A stretch of DNA of 64,000 bases from Eledone cirrhosa (taxonomy: Eukaryota). Positions 29,786-44,600 of this stretch are shown in pieces. Positions within the stretch are counted from its first letter, which is position 1, and each line of letters opens with the position of its first letter. The notes under the pieces are model-generated. The model was not told the DNA's origin. It saw nothing but the letters and a program-made list of their open reading frames with translations, and searched no databases. Both the position numbers and the translations under genes were made by a program. The stretch spans positions 23,932,001 to 23,996,000 of the forward strand of contig OZ024749.1 of NCBI GenBank assembly GCA_964016885.1. The letters are read 5' to 3'.

Positions 29786-30955
29786 GTGGTACCAGAACTG
29801 TCCCGTGGATCACCCCACTTGTTATTGGTGTTTCCCTCGAGAGGGCCCCATTTGCTGCGACTGCCTGGCTTCTGACCTTTAGGAAATCATGCACCCACTC
29901 ACCTACTTTTCCAGTTATGCCGAGTCCGTATAGTTTGTGACATATCATTCCGTGGTCGACCTTGTCAAAGGCCTTCGCAAAGTCAAGATATATCACGTTC
30001 ACATGCAAGCTGTCTATTAGTCGTTTCAGTACCTATTTGTAGTGATGTAGCAGCTGTGTAAGGCAGCTTCTTCCTGGCCGGAAGCCATGTTGCGTGCTAG
30101 TCAGGCAGTAATTTTCTTCTAGGAAAGTGATCAGTTTCTTTCTGACGACTCGCTCCATGACCTTACTGATATGCGACGTCAGGGAGATTTGTCTATAATG
30201 TTTGGCCTCCGCTCTGCTACCTCCTTTATGGATAGGGCATATTGTACCTTCTTTCAGCTCCCTGGGTAGTACACTGCTAGCCAAGGAGCTTCTGAAGAGC
30301 ATCTTCAGTGGAGTTGCTAAGGCCCGCTTACATGTGTTTAAGAGAACTGCTGGGAATCCATCAGGTCCAGCAGCTGAGTCTGTGCTAATTTCATCTATGG
30401 CGTACACCACACCCTCCTCCGTTGTGTCTATGTGGTTGATGGTTGCCATTTCTTCATGTAGTGTTGTGGCATCAAACAATTCCTCTGGCTTCGTTATTTA
30501 CATGTGCCTCAGTGGACATGTGAACACACTTTTGTACTGTTCGTTCAGTATTTCACATATCTCTTGGGGGTTTTCGGTTAATGAACCGTCCGTATGGAAG
30601 AGTGACCCATTCTTGCAGTGTTCCGAGGCAGTTTCTTTTGCAAAGTTGATGAAGGCCTTAGGGTTTGTTTTAATGTTTTCTATGGCCCTGTTCTTTTTCT
30701 TTGCCCTCTCATTTTCATGGGAAAGTTTGAGTGCAATCTCGATGCCAAGTAGTGCACATTTCAAATAGGATTCCACTTGTTTTTGTTTTCTTCTTGAGTA
30801 TTCAACTGGTTTGAAAGCTTGGTTTTACGTCTCATAAGGATTTTCCTATCTCTGGGAATAAGATTATTGTGTCTGTTTGCCTTTTTCTCCGGAACAAACT
30901 TTTTGCATATAGTGTTTATCGTTGTCATGAAGTGTTGAAATTGTGTGTTAGTTTA
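29786..30955 (-). mobile_element. CR1-like LINE ORF2 internal fragment (N-terminal half of RT), pseudogenised
   Basis: IKTNPKAF...ILNEQYKSVFT...SAAGPDG...PIHKGG...YRQISLTSHISKVMER...QHGFRPGRSCLTQLL...VIYLDFAKAFDKVDH...SGVIHGTVL. In-frame stops present; truncated at both ends. Confidence 0.9.
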
Positions 30956-31020
30956 CTGCTAAACAGTGAGAAAAATGTGTTTTATACATTTTCTATGGAG
31001 CGTACATGATATATATATAT

Positions 31021-31098
<78 letters not shown>

Positions 31099-31105
31099 CA
31101 TATAT

Positions 31106-31182
<77 letters not shown>

Positions 31183-31184
<2 letters not shown>

Positions 31185-31336
31185 ATGTAGGAGGTGAGTT
31201 TTATTGTAGTACAATAAAGCAATGCATATATCGGATAAGTAGCACTCTACAGTTTGTAGGATTGGAGTATAAATAATATAAGATCAAAAGATAGTTAAAA
31301 GAGGTCCATGTATTTTATTATGCGCATTTCAAAAAC
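31183..31336 (-). repeat. Inverted copy of 15967-16120
   Basis: taatgtaggaggtgagttttattgtagtac...tgcgcatttcaaaaac is the reverse complement of the sequence right after the gap. The similarity extends into the interrupted (TA)n pattern. Confidence 0.9.
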
Positions 31337-31772
31337 AAATATCATCATGAGATGACATTTGCGTTTTCGTCAGTTAAAATAGGGAGACATGATATGAAGG
31401 TTAAAAAACACTTGTGAATAGTGCAGCTTTAAATCAACATATGAAGATTAATTTAAGAATAATGTGTGATATTGGGGGAAAAAAAAAGAAAATGAGGGCT
31501 GTTTGGAAAGGATGAAAAAGAGGAGGAGATGAGAGTAAAGAATGGTGGGGGATGAGTACAATAAGGAAGGATGTGATAGGAGGAGAGATGGGTGATAGAA
31601 AGAGAGAGATAGCCTTTATAACTGAGAAAAATATATTGTTTCACAGAGAGAGGTTAAAAAGCTGTTGGAAGATAATATATAATTTAAAAGAATTTGAAAA
31701 TTGATGAAGAGAAAAAATTGTTATGTTATGGAATACTGTTAGCTTCTCACTACAACAATTTCTATACTTTTC

Positions 31773-31819
<47 letters not shown>

Positions 31820-31855
31820 ATATATATGTATATATATATATATATATATACATAC

Positions 31856-31930
<75 letters not shown>

Positions 31931-31977
31931 GATATATAGATATATATACATACATGTATATATATATATATATATAC

Positions 31978-32046
<69 letters not shown>

Positions 32047-32164
32047 AATTTGTGGGTTTACACAGTCTCACACTTACATTGTAATCAAGGACTCAATAAT
32101 TACAGGAAAGTGAAATTCATGAATTTCTCTCTATATATACATTCATCAGGTATATACACACACG

Positions 32165-32294
<130 letters not shown>

Positions 32295-32835
32295 ACATAC
32301 ATTTTCAAAAATCGTTAAGTACAGTTCTACTCACAATTTTCCCCTCTCTAAAGTTTTCAATTACGTTTCACATTCCTATACACTTATACGAACAAAGAGA
32401 CTCAGATACAGAAAATCAAATCACACACATACACTGAAACACAGTTTCACTCGCCATCATTTTTTCAAGTAATATGCTATTACAAAAAGCTCTGAAATTT
32501 ATCATATGAAAGAATATGAATTTTATGAAAAATATATATAGAGAATTTGTACATTTCATTACATATGAGAAAACATGTGTTTAGTGGGTAATATAGGATT
32601 TCATGAGCGGTGCATTTATCTTCAGACAAAATATATAATTTGCCCATTTGTTTATGTCGCCAACCGTACTTAAATTCAAATAGATCAATATATATCTATG
32701 CATTTATTCATACGTACATATGAATATGTATTTCTATGCAAATGAATGCATACATTCGTACACAGCGCCTATATACATGTACACACACATCTATATATAA
32801 ATATATATATATGTATATATACCTATATATATACA

Positions 32836-32873
<38 letters not shown>

Positions 32874-33398
32874 TGTTTGTGAGAATATATATATATATTA
32901 ATGTTTGTGGGAAAATATATATATATTAATGTGTGTGAGAATAAATATATATATTAATGCGTGTGAGAATATATATATATTTGTATTCTCACAAATACAC
33001 CCACATATATATATAGACAAATATAACTATTACTCATATAAAAGTATTTGTGTGTAGGGCCGTGTTTGTCTGTGTATTGATATAACAATTTTAACTGACG
33101 CCTTTGAAAAACACACCTTAATATATAAATTAATATGTTAGCAACGTTCAACATTTCTCGATATAGCACTATATTAATTTGATGGCTGAAAACAAACCGG
33201 AATATTACGAGTATTTATGATTAAATATCTACGTAAAAGTACTCTTCTTACTGAACATGGGGTGTACTTCTGGAATTTGTAGTGATTCCCGGTTTGTACA
33301 CAGTCACACAAGTAAAAGCATATAAAGCAATCACGCGCGTACAGACCTGCACCAACCCTACACATATCTCTAAATTTAAACCGATATATATATACGCG

Positions 33399-33451
<53 letters not shown>

Positions 33452-33837
33452 AAGGGAAATTTTCTGCCGTTCGTGCTTTCCTCTTATTTATAAATACACA
33501 TTATCCAACACCTAGATAGCCCCTGTTTCTTCTTATGCGTATGTAATTTATACACGCATATATTTATTTTTTTAATTTCAATTGAGTTCTTAACACGTTG
33601 GATTGATAATGTTTTCGAAAAAACTGATTAACCCGCGTGTATATTATAATTTTTTTTCCTCCTTTCGTGGATCTTAGTTGTCTCCCCTTCCCGCTTAGTG
33701 ACGCTATGATACTTCCTCAGTCAAAAACTGCTGGAATTTCAAATCTGCCGGTCATTCGATGCGGGAAGGAGCAACTTTACAGACACGATTTTTAACTATG
33801 GTAAGAAATGGTTTTCTTATATCAAAGTTTAATGGGC

Positions 33838-33962
33838 TTCCACTGATGATTTATAACGGCCCACCTAAATATATACTTACATGAATGTATATTAGGCTTC
33901 TACATAAACTGGAAATATTCTCCGAATTTGTAGAAAACTTATAGTGAAACAATTGTTTGGAA
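33838..33962 (+). ncRNA. Probable Type I hammerhead with a long stem II insertion, within a (TA)n-bounded element (~33450-34145)
   Basis: ttcca-CTGATGA-tttataa...ttatagt-GAAA-caattg-TT-tggaa, with palindromic ACAATTGT. Confidence 0.6.
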
Positions 33963-34143
33963 AGAGAGATATATTTTAACTTTAATTATATCTCGTAAAA
34001 TAATACAACTGGCTTTTCCACATAATACATATTGTTAGAAACCCAAACACTTAAATTGGGTTTATATTAAAATATAACCTAATGTTTGTTGAGTGAGATG
34101 GTTACCAGTCGGAGATTAGCTTTAAACTATCTCTGTTATTGTA

Positions 34144-34200
<57 letters not shown>

Positions 34201-34203
<3 letters not shown>

Positions 34204-34450
34204 TAAGAATATTTTCGAAACAGCGAGTGATTTTGAAATTATAAATGTAAGCTATCACCGTACTTTGACTAAAGAAATTTAAAAAAAAATATTTAGCCTG
34301 ATAGTGGGGTTACGAACACTCGGAGAAATGGAAAAAGGTGAGTATCAATGTAAACGGCAGTCGAACCCACATCTTTGGTTATCCAGACCACTGTGCTCCC
34401 ATTACACCATTACACTTTAATTTCTTTAGTCAAAATACGGTAATAGATTA
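34201..34450. mobile_element. Fold-back element related to 62222-62446, containing a tRNA-like segment
   Basis: tatcaccgtactttgactaaagaaatt / aatttctttagtcaaaatacggtaata arms. Shares its 5' sequence with 62222-62360. Confidence 0.7.
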
Positions 34451-34454
34451 CATT

Positions 34455-34514
<60 letters not shown>

Positions 34515-34519
<5 letters not shown>

Positions 34520-34632
34520 TAACATAACAGATTAAAGTTTAAGCAAAGAATCGCTGCTTTCACACTTAACGGGATCTTCTGAAACTTATCGAGTCCTCTT
34601 TGGATGTTAGTCTTCAAATTTATTATTATTAC
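34515..34632 (-). mobile_element. Solo fragment of the Naiad-like pLTR (HHR variant at 34536-34586) joined to an inverted 5' UTR piece
   Basis: Matches 49563-49635, followed by the reverse complement of about 49473-49520. Confidence 0.8.
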
Positions 34633-34846
34633 TATATATATATATATATATAAATATTATATATATTATATATAATTATATATATATATATATATATAAA
34701 TATTATATATATAAATATTATATATATATATTATATATATATATATATATTATATATATATATATATAATATATTATATATATATACATTATATATATAT
34801 ATTATATATATATAATATATTATATATATATATATAATTATATATA

Positions 34847-34904
<58 letters not shown>

Positions 34905-34996
34905 TATATATATATATATTATATATATATAGATATAATATATTATATATATATATATTATATATATATATATAATTATATATAATATATTATATA

Positions 34997-35027
<31 letters not shown>

Positions 35028-35068
35028 ATATATTATATATATATAATATATTATATGTATATATATGT

Positions 35069-35103
<35 letters not shown>

Positions 35104-35114
35104 ATATATCTATA

Positions 35115-35176
<62 letters not shown>

Positions 35177-35194
35177 TATATATATAATATATAT

Positions 35195-35327
<133 letters not shown>

Positions 35328-35331
35328 CACG

Positions 35332-35874
35332 ATATATTAACAAATGTAAACTATATTTATAAAACCATATTTATTTTATTATACATAGTTCAAGGACACC
35401 AAGTTAAATTATGGTGTGCTTTCATTAGATAAAATATAATATAAATCAGTTTTATAAATAAATATTGACATACCCTTAAAGAATAAGACCATTTCTGTTC
35501 GAAGCTCCCGGATAGTGGAGTTATTAAATTTATTTATTCTATTATGCAAATTAGTGTCGGATATGTTTAAATCCCAGTAGATTTATAATAAGCCGTTAGG
35601 GTATGGAGAAAGGGAAAGAAAAGAAAAAAACGGCTTATTTTAAATCTACAGTGATTTAAACATATCCGACACTAATTTGCATAATAGAATAAATAAACTT
35701 AATAACCCCACTATCCGGGAGCTTCCAACAGAAATGGTCAATATTTATTTATAAAACTGATTTATATTATATTTTATCTGATGAAAGCACACCATAATTT
35801 AACTTGGTGTCCTTGAAATATGTATAATGAAATAAATATGGTTTTATAAATATAGTTTCCATTTGTTAATATAT
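35332..35874. mobile_element. Fold-back element with ~250-bp arms, HHR-bearing
   Basis: 35332-35597 is the inverse of 35629-35874. Left flank is (TA)n. Confidence 0.9.
35771..35833 (+). ncRNA. Type I hammerhead ribozyme (AUA site)
   Basis: attttat-CTGATGA-aag.acacca...tggtgt.ctt-GAAA-tatgta-TA-atgaaat. The left-arm copy (35373-35435, minus strand) has core mutations. Confidence 0.8.
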
Positions 35875-36194
35875 AGTATTTTTACTCCAATAAATTGAGA
35901 TAATATCTCTTCTTCTATTAACAGAGAAGGATGGGCAGAGAAATGAACTCTCTTCTCTGAATGAACATGTATGTGAAAATTATTTTTTCTTCCCCTTTAT
36001 ATTATTATTATTATCACTATTTGTACAAATATGCAACTTAACGATATTCTGCATATCCACAATTGACAATGCATTTAATGCTGAGAGCATTATTGTAAAT
36101 AAATTAATGTTTTGATATTCCACTGAAAGAATCTCTTCTACATTTTCTACTGAAAACATCTTTTTCCTTTCTACTATTTATTTATATGCAGTGC

Positions 36195-36363
36195 CACTCA
36201 ATTTCAAATACGGTGTTAGCTTAGCCAGATCATCGGAGATAACTGATATATGATCGGTAATTTTAAATTACAGCATCATTGATACTGTTTTTTAAAATTA
36301 CCGAGCATATAGCAGCTATCTCCGATGATCTGGTTAAGCTAACATCGTACTTGAGATTGAGTG
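36195..36363. repeat. Imperfect hairpin with ~75-bp arms
   Basis: cactcaatttcaaatacggtgttagcttagccagatcatcggagata...taattttaaa / tttaaaatta...tatctccgatgatctggttaagctaacatcgtacttgagattgagtg. Confidence 0.85.
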
Positions 36364-36849
36364 AAACTACGTTAAGTTTTCAGCAATTTTTAGATAATTT
36401 AATCAGTGAAACAATCGTCAGACTGTAAATAAATCCCTTTTTTGTACTGTTGTTCATGTTATTCTTCACTTTGTCAATGTTATTCATATATATATATATA
36501 AATATATATATTCATAGAGAGGGAGAGAGCGGGGAAGTCAGGAAGTCAGGGAAATACTTTAAAGAAACTAAAAGTGAGATAAAATAACATGTGTGTACAA
36601 CATATGTATAATTCTTTCATGAAATGTATGTGTGTTTGTGTGTGTTAGTACATATGGCGCCCCCTTTGTGATATAGAATTTTCTATCATCAAATGACGAC
36701 TGGAAAAACACAACACTATTATACATATACACACTACTACATAAGATTAGTCCCGAATAAACATACGGGCACCAGGACGTATTTACACCTCCACTGTCAC
36801 TCACATACATGCATTTAAACTCACACAAACACACACACACACTACACTC

Positions 36850-36991
<142 letters not shown>

Positions 36992-37034
36992 CATACACCT
37001 ATATTATATATATATATATACATACATCTGCATA

Positions 37035-37065
<31 letters not shown>

Positions 37066-37106
37066 CATCTATATAATATTTATATATATATATATATACA
37101 TACATC

Positions 37107-37181
<75 letters not shown>

Positions 37182-37325
37182 TATATAATATGTACATATG
37201 TATATATGTGTATATTTACACACACACTCACACACACCTATATATGTATGTGTATGTATGTATGCATACATATATGTATATATTCAAATACACACACACA
37301 CATACATATATATATATGTATACTT

Positions 37326-37403
<78 letters not shown>

Positions 37404-37718
37404 CACACATTTACACATATAGGTGAATGTGAAGAAAAGTACATTTTTTCAATGAAATATGTTCCACACAGGTTTAGATCAAAAATTTATGCATTTTAAG
37501 CAAAGCTTTATGCCATTCTAATTTCCATATAGATCATTGATGTTGGAATATCAAAGATGGAAAAATTCATTTTATCTCCTATGACATTAAGTACATTAAG
37601 TCCTATAGTATTCACAGCAGTAAATAACATAAATGGAATCACAATAAGCTTACATATATACATGTTTAAATGTACGTCTGTTAGTGTGTGAAAATATATG
37701 CGTGTATACTTATATTTG

Positions 37719-37821
<103 letters not shown>

Positions 37822-37908
37822 GTATATATATATACATAAGTATATATATATACATATGTAGTATAGAATATACAGTATTCTATATGACATATATGATTGG
37901 CACTATAC

Positions 37909-37941
<33 letters not shown>

Positions 37942-38021
37942 CTTGTATATACATATGTATATATATATATAGATATGCATATATATACTCGTATATACAT
38001 ATGTATATATATATATAGATA

Positions 38022-38107
<86 letters not shown>

Positions 38108-38171
38108 TATATTCGTATATACATATGTATATATATATATATATACATATGTATATATATATATACATATG

Positions 38172-38211
<40 letters not shown>

Positions 38212-38274
38212 TATATACATATGTATATATATATATATATATATAAATATGTATATATATATATACATATGTAT

Positions 38275-38306
<32 letters not shown>

Positions 38307-38560
38307 AATATGTATATATATATATATATACATATGTATTATATATATACATATATATACATATGTATATATATATATATATATATACACACGTTCACAC
38401 ACAACATTATATATATATACACACATACACACACATATATATATACTTATATATTAATATATATATACACACATATATATACACACACACACAGACACAC
38501 ATATGTGTGTGTGTGTCTCTATGCATATATATTTATGCACACATACGTTCATGGATATGG

Positions 38561-39088
38561 GAGCGAGCTCAAAATAAGACATTTAATTTTCCAAACTGAT
38601 AGCGCCAAAAATACATTAAAAAATGGCTAAGAATCGTGACGTGGCAGCGGTCGAGTTAGAAAGGATTCTTAGCCATTTTTGAATGTATTTTTGGCGCGAT
38701 CATTTTGGAAAATTAAATGTCTTATTTTGAGCTCTCTCCTGATGATTCCGAAGCTCTGGACATTCCTTGTTATCTGATGTCTTAAAATACGGATGAAACC
38801 ATGGTAGAGGTAATTAGGTATGTACGCAATGCTTCTAAGTTCAATTTTACACCCAATTGTGTTTAGTTGACTGTATATCTGGTCTATTTTTACATGCTGT
38901 CGAAATGTTAGATAAATAATCTATTGTAGCCACCGTGAAGGGGCTGCTTTCGGTTACTTGGCGGAGATTTCTTCATAGGAGCCTTTATTATTATAGGTTG
39001 GTCTAATTGATTTTTTATATGGTTAATTATACTAATTGGGAGAGGAAATGGTATATATTATATCTAGTGATTCTAAAGACATTATTTA
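38561..39088 (+). mobile_element. Element with a 5' hairpin (38561-38738) followed by an HHR, ending in (TA)n
   Basis: gagctcaaaataagacattt...ggctaagaatc / gattcttagcc...aaatgtcttattttgagctc arms. Confidence 0.8.
38735..38810 (+). ncRNA. Type I hammerhead ribozyme (GUA site)
   Basis: tctc-CTGATGA-t-tccg...cgga-t-GAAA-ccatgg-TA-gagg, with palindromic ACCATGGT. Confidence 0.72.
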
Positions 39089-39148
<60 letters not shown>

Positions 39149-40194
39149 CCTCACAGGGATTACTTATATATGGAGTGGATTGCGCTTTCTTTGGTTAAAA
39201 CGATGTGTATTCCATTTATTCGATGACTGGTAAATGAAGGTCCTACCATTGACATATATGCAGCCACTAAGGATACAGTTAAGTCTATAATTAATTTAAG
39301 TTTTCTATGAGTTTAAGCAGGATGGAGTTTTAAGATAACACTGTCTCATTTTATTGTAACGAACAGACCGTTCACTGGCTCACACATGCTATTCGGCTAC
39401 ACCAGGGTCGTGTAATAGGCGGCGCGCGTGTCACATCCGGCTCGCCAGACCATTCAGAGAGGCGCGCGATGAACCTTTTTAATGTTTACCTTGTAGGCTT
39501 ATGCAGAATTTTTTTCCTAACGGTAATACTATTTTCTGTTAGTTGACCTCTACTAAAGAGCTTCACTGATAGGGTTATGTGTGTTATAATTTCCCAGTTC
39601 TATGTTATGGAAAGAAGTTGTGGTGAATCTTTGGAATAGTGCTTAATAAATATTTATGGCCCTAATAGTTGTTCCAATGTTGGAATATGTTGCACACCCC
39701 TTATCTAAACAATCTCGCACACAATATATGTATTGAGCCGAAGTTATGGTAAATGACAGTTTCGATGTGATATCGAACTCAGTACGAAATGATTACCGAG
39801 TGATCTTTGCACGTGAGTCTGCGTGTGTATGTGTGTGTGATTGTGAGAGAGAGAGAGAGAGAGAGAGTATCCATGTGTATATATATATGAGTGTGTGTGT
39901 GTGTGTGTAAGAGTGTATGAATATAATTCCAAGTCAAAGAACCAAGTTGGCTGATTGAATACCTATGTCCCTCTCTCCCATCTTTTATTCCAAGATGGCT
40001 GATTGAATACCAACGTGATTGAATACCCACGTCTCTCTCTCCCCTCCCACTCTATCTTTCTATTTCAGCTTTTATTTCTTCTTATATCTTCCGATGAAGT
40101 ATTAGTATCAGAAACGTTACAACTATTTTCATACTATATCAAGCGTTCATGATTGTTTTGTTGCTGGTTGTCTTCTTTCCTTTTAATTTTTGCA

Positions 40195-40276
<82 letters not shown>

Positions 40277-40529
40277 TCTCTCTCTCTCTCTATCTATCTA
40301 TCTCTCTCTGTATGTATGTATGTATGTATGTATGTATGTATGTATGTATCTATATGTTGGTGCTACTGGTAACATGTATCCCAGTACAACCTGTCTCATG
40401 GTCGGGTCGTTGGCAACTAAACTGACATCCCCACTTGGTGAGGAGGGTGACTTTGGACATCCTGCAGGACTAAAAAAGAAAACCGTCAAAGGGCAAAGGA
40501 GCTCTTAAGAGTCAATGGCCATCCAAAAT

Positions 40530-40930
40530 CACCGGGAGAGATGACCCCTTAGCCTTTGTCAAGGCAGAATTCTAGCAGAAGGAAAACTCTGATATAACAC
40601 CTGCAACCCTGATGGTATCCAATGATGTTGACTTGTTCTTCTTTTTGATAAATATCATCTTGGTTAAGAGAGTGGGACTGGCTTTGCTCACTATAAAAGC
40701 TTCACGGCACAGGCATTGCTTTATATCTGGAGATCTCTCTGCACTTGTCATCACATGGTACCATGTGCCCAGCACTATGTGTCAATAATTGTCACAAGTA
40801 TAGTGTTTGTACCAGAGTTTTCAAGTCGCTGGCTGGACTAAAAAGTCACACTCGTTCAGCGCATCGGTAGGGGTTCTCCTACATGGATATAAAGTAGTGG
40901 CCGTACTCGAAAACGAGTTGGCAGCCACCA
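40530..40930 (-). mobile_element. Non-coding interspersed repeat (~410 bp), copy 3
   Basis: Collinear with 21995-22408. Confidence 0.85.
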
Positions 40931-41260
40931 TGTATGTATGTATGTATGTATATATGCTATCTCTTTCTCTTAATTTCGAGTATATTTTTTTGACCGGCCA
41001 CCTTCCTGGTGGCAAGGTTGTAAAAGAAAAGAAATTGTCATCCCTTGAATCGCAAGAATGTTTTGCACATTTTGAAGTGCCAACTATCGCAGCCATTTGT
41101 AGACTATGAATTAGGGAGCTGCGCTCTTTGTCCGCAAATCCAAGTTCAGTCATACTTTGGTCCAAGCGGGTTGGTATATAACCCGTAGCTCCAATAATGC
41201 ATGTATGTATATATGTATGTATGTATGTATGTATATATGTGTATATATGTGTGTGTGTAT

Positions 41261-41299
<39 letters not shown>

Positions 41300-41491
41300 T
41301 GTGTGTGTATGCGTATATTTCCGTGATATTAACTTGTATTTAGCGGAGTATTCCAAAGACACATGCACACCTAACATAATTCTTACGGAGATTCAGTTTA
41401 ACACCATATGTATCAAGGCTAACACCTTGAATATACAGGTACAACTGACTTTTGCTGACCTAAACAACGTAATCTTAGATACGGACTAATT

Positions 41492-41822
41492 CAGGAACTG
41501 AATTACTTCCCCTTAATATTGACCAAACAACATTACGATCACCTTTATATTGGATGGCTATGTGTAGAAAGACATTCAATATAATATGACTGCTAAGTCA
41601 GGCTAACCTGAAACTAAAACAGCAACATAATCATTGGTACAACATTGTCAGGAACTGAATTACATCCCATTAATATTGACCAAGCAACATTACGCTCGCC
41701 TTTATATTGGATGGCCAAGGGTAGAAATACTTTCAATATAATATGGCTACTAAGTCAGGCTGACCTGAAACTAAACAGCAACATAAGCATGAACAAAACC
41801 TAGCCAGGAACTGAATTACTTC
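41492..41822. repeat. Diverged tandem repeat, ~157-bp unit, 2.1 copies
   Basis: caggaactgaattac at 41492, 41649 and 41805. Confidence 0.85.
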
Positions 41823-42469
41823 TTAAAAAAAAATCCCCAACAAATTTTCTTGGTCTATTGTTCGTATCTTCTATGACATGATAAAGCCAAATATATCTTA
41901 TCATTCCGTGTACACCGAAGCTAATTAGGGAGATAGAAATTTCTACAATAATATCATTCTTCTTTCCTGGAGGCAAACCAACTCAATGCACTGCTCTGAC
42001 TATTCACCTATAAATTGGTAAGTCACGTCTTCTTTAAGAGATGGTGAATATCGAAATGTTTAGAATCCAACATATTGAATAAAAAAAATACAACCAGAAC
42101 AAAATATTTTGTTCAACATTCACGTGACATATATCTTGCTATTTCAATATGACATAAGTATTGATGGTAATGTAGCTTAGCAGAGCATAATTATTGGTTC
42201 TGTTATAGTATGGCTTAACATAACCCTTTAGCATTCACATTACTCTATATATACTATTATATTTTCATGGTAAAGGCTTTACCTCACATTATTATCTCAC
42301 ATAATATCGATATCGAATCTATGAGATTTTGAAAGTATTTATTTTTAGAACAATACCTTAACATCAGTTTGAGCGACCAGTTACAGCCAGTTTCAATAGA
42401 AAGAGGTAGAGAATTCTGGCCGGTTTGAACATTAAATGGTTAAGTATATATCATAACATAGCGTAGACG

Positions 42470-43272
42470 TTGATGTTGTTGATGATGATGAAGGTGCTGG
42501 TTGGTGTTGCTGATGATAGTAATGATGATGATGGTGGTGATGAGGATAATGATGACGGTGATGATGATGGTGTGTTGGCGATGATGATGATGATGATGTT
42601 GATTATGACGCTGTTCGTGTTGTTGACGATGAAGATGAAGAAGATGATGATGATGATGATTATGAGGTTCTTGGTGTTGCTGACGATGAAGATGATAATG
42701 ATGGTGATGGTATTGGCGATGATGATGATGATGATGGCGTTGATTATGAGGATGTCGGTGCTGTTAACGTTGAAAATGGTGATTATGGTGTTGGTGATGA
42801 TGGTGATGGTGATAAAGTTGATGAACTCGTTCTTGATGATGAAGTCGAGGATGATGATTGCTTTGGCGATGATGTTGATGATGAGAAATATGATAAAGAA
42901 AAGGAGAGGAACGAGGAGGCTGAAGATGTTGATGATGACAATGATGATAATGCTGTTGATGACGTTGATGGTGATGAGTATGATGTTGGCGGGGGGGGGG
43001 GCGAGGATGATGATCGTCATAATAATTGATAATGGTGATGACGATGGTGATGGTGAAGAGGAGGAGGAAGTCGTGGCAGATGCGGATGGAGATAATAGAT
43101 AAGGGTGAAGATGTAGATGGTGATGATGTTGACGATGAGGAGGGGGAGAATACGGATGATCATGGTGAGAAGGATGAAGATATAGATGATGATGACGATG
43201 ATGACAATATTCATGATGATGGTTAAGAGAAGGATGTTGATGAGAAAGGTGAAGATTATGATGATGATGGAG
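42470..43272. repeat. Decayed (GAT)n cryptic trinucleotide repeat
   Basis: GAT/GGT/GTT-dominated sequence with frame slips. Confidence 0.85.
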
Positions 43273-43639
43273 ATAGTTCATCCTTCGTTGTCGACGCTGT
43301 GCAACAAGCAGGTAATGAGCAGAAGCACTTCATTGTGAAATTCCTGTGCAAATTTCCGACTATTTCCCGGGTCAGTTGTTATCTTAATGTGATTCCTAAT
43401 ACTATCCAGGGTGACACAGTCCGTGAAATGGCTGCCCATTAGAATTACAAATGGCTGCCCATTAGAATTACAACTATATTCACCAACAAATATACGCTGA
43501 AGTTAAATCACTGAGTGATTCCTTGAGAAAGAGTGTGTGACAAAGGCTAACCCTTTTAACTACAGGCACACTCTATAATTGTGTTAGTGGCTAAATATAC
43601 AGGGGGATTCCTAAACATGTATACACATTATTATTAGAA

Positions 43640-43915
43640 TGCGGTGGATTGGCAGTATCAGAAGAGCGTTGGACAACATGTTTCGCGTCATAGAATTACG
43701 GCCCTATGCATTCTTAGTTCAAATCCCGCCGAAGTTAGCTTTGTGTTTCTTTGATAATTTCCTTCCCTATATTGAAATATATATTTGGCAGTATCAGTAG
43801 ATATTCGGTCAACATGCTTTGCAACATAAACTTATGGTAGTTTACGTTCTGAGTTCAAATCCCGCCGAGGTTAACTTTGCCTTTCATCCTTACAGGGTCG
43901 ATAAAATAAAGCACC
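43640..43915 (+). mobile_element. Two tRNA-derived SINE copies or fragments
   Basis: gcggtggattggcagtatcag...agttcaaatcccgccga; ttggcagtatcag...gagttcaaatcccgccgaggttaactttgcctttcatcc...gtcgataaaataaagcacc. Confidence 0.8.
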
Positions 43916-44335
43916 AATCACTCACCAATCGACTTGACCTTCTGCAAAATTGCTGGCATTGTGCCAACATCAGAGACCATTTTACGAGGTCAATAAAATA
44001 AAGTACCAGTAATACACTGGAATAAATGCTGGCCTTCTGCCAAAAGTAGAAACAATTATTATAAACATGATGTTGAAGTGTGTATAACTTTTTTTTGGAC
44101 ACCCTGCATACCGACAAATATCCACACAACATACTTCTTGTTAGATTCATTGTGAAACATTGTGTGACATGCCTGGTCTTTCTGAAATTCAAGTTATTTC
44201 CAAATAGATGGACTGCAACACCATGAAATAAAGTGCCTTGCTCAAGGAGACGACACGTCTCTGGGAATTTAACTCGTGGTTTCAAGGTTGTTATCTGAAC
44301 AGCCAAACACCAAAGTCACGTATATATATATGTAT

Positions 44336-44374
<39 letters not shown>

Positions 44375-44408
44375 TAGATATCTATATAGATATCTATTCG
44401 TATATAAG

Positions 44409-44445
<37 letters not shown>

Positions 44446-44447
44446 TC

Positions 44448-44491
<44 letters not shown>

Positions 44492-44563
44492 TCATACATA
44501 CATTTCTAAATCTATTACTATCTATATATCTATCTATCCTTCTCTCTCTCTCTCTCTCTCTCT

Positions 44564-44600
<37 letters not shown>

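Noticed and set aside
36320-36376. HHR in the 36195-36363 hairpin (CCGATGA...GAAACTACGTT); similar weak motifs near 39220, 40090 and 60930
   Set aside because: The cores are mutated and stem I is not convincingly paired. They may be decayed ribozymes but cannot be supported.
42577-43000. Asp-rich frame resembling acidic biomineralisation proteins
   Set aside because: Frame slips occur on both sides, and there is no start codon, signal peptide or clear splice site. Consistent with decayed (GAT)n.
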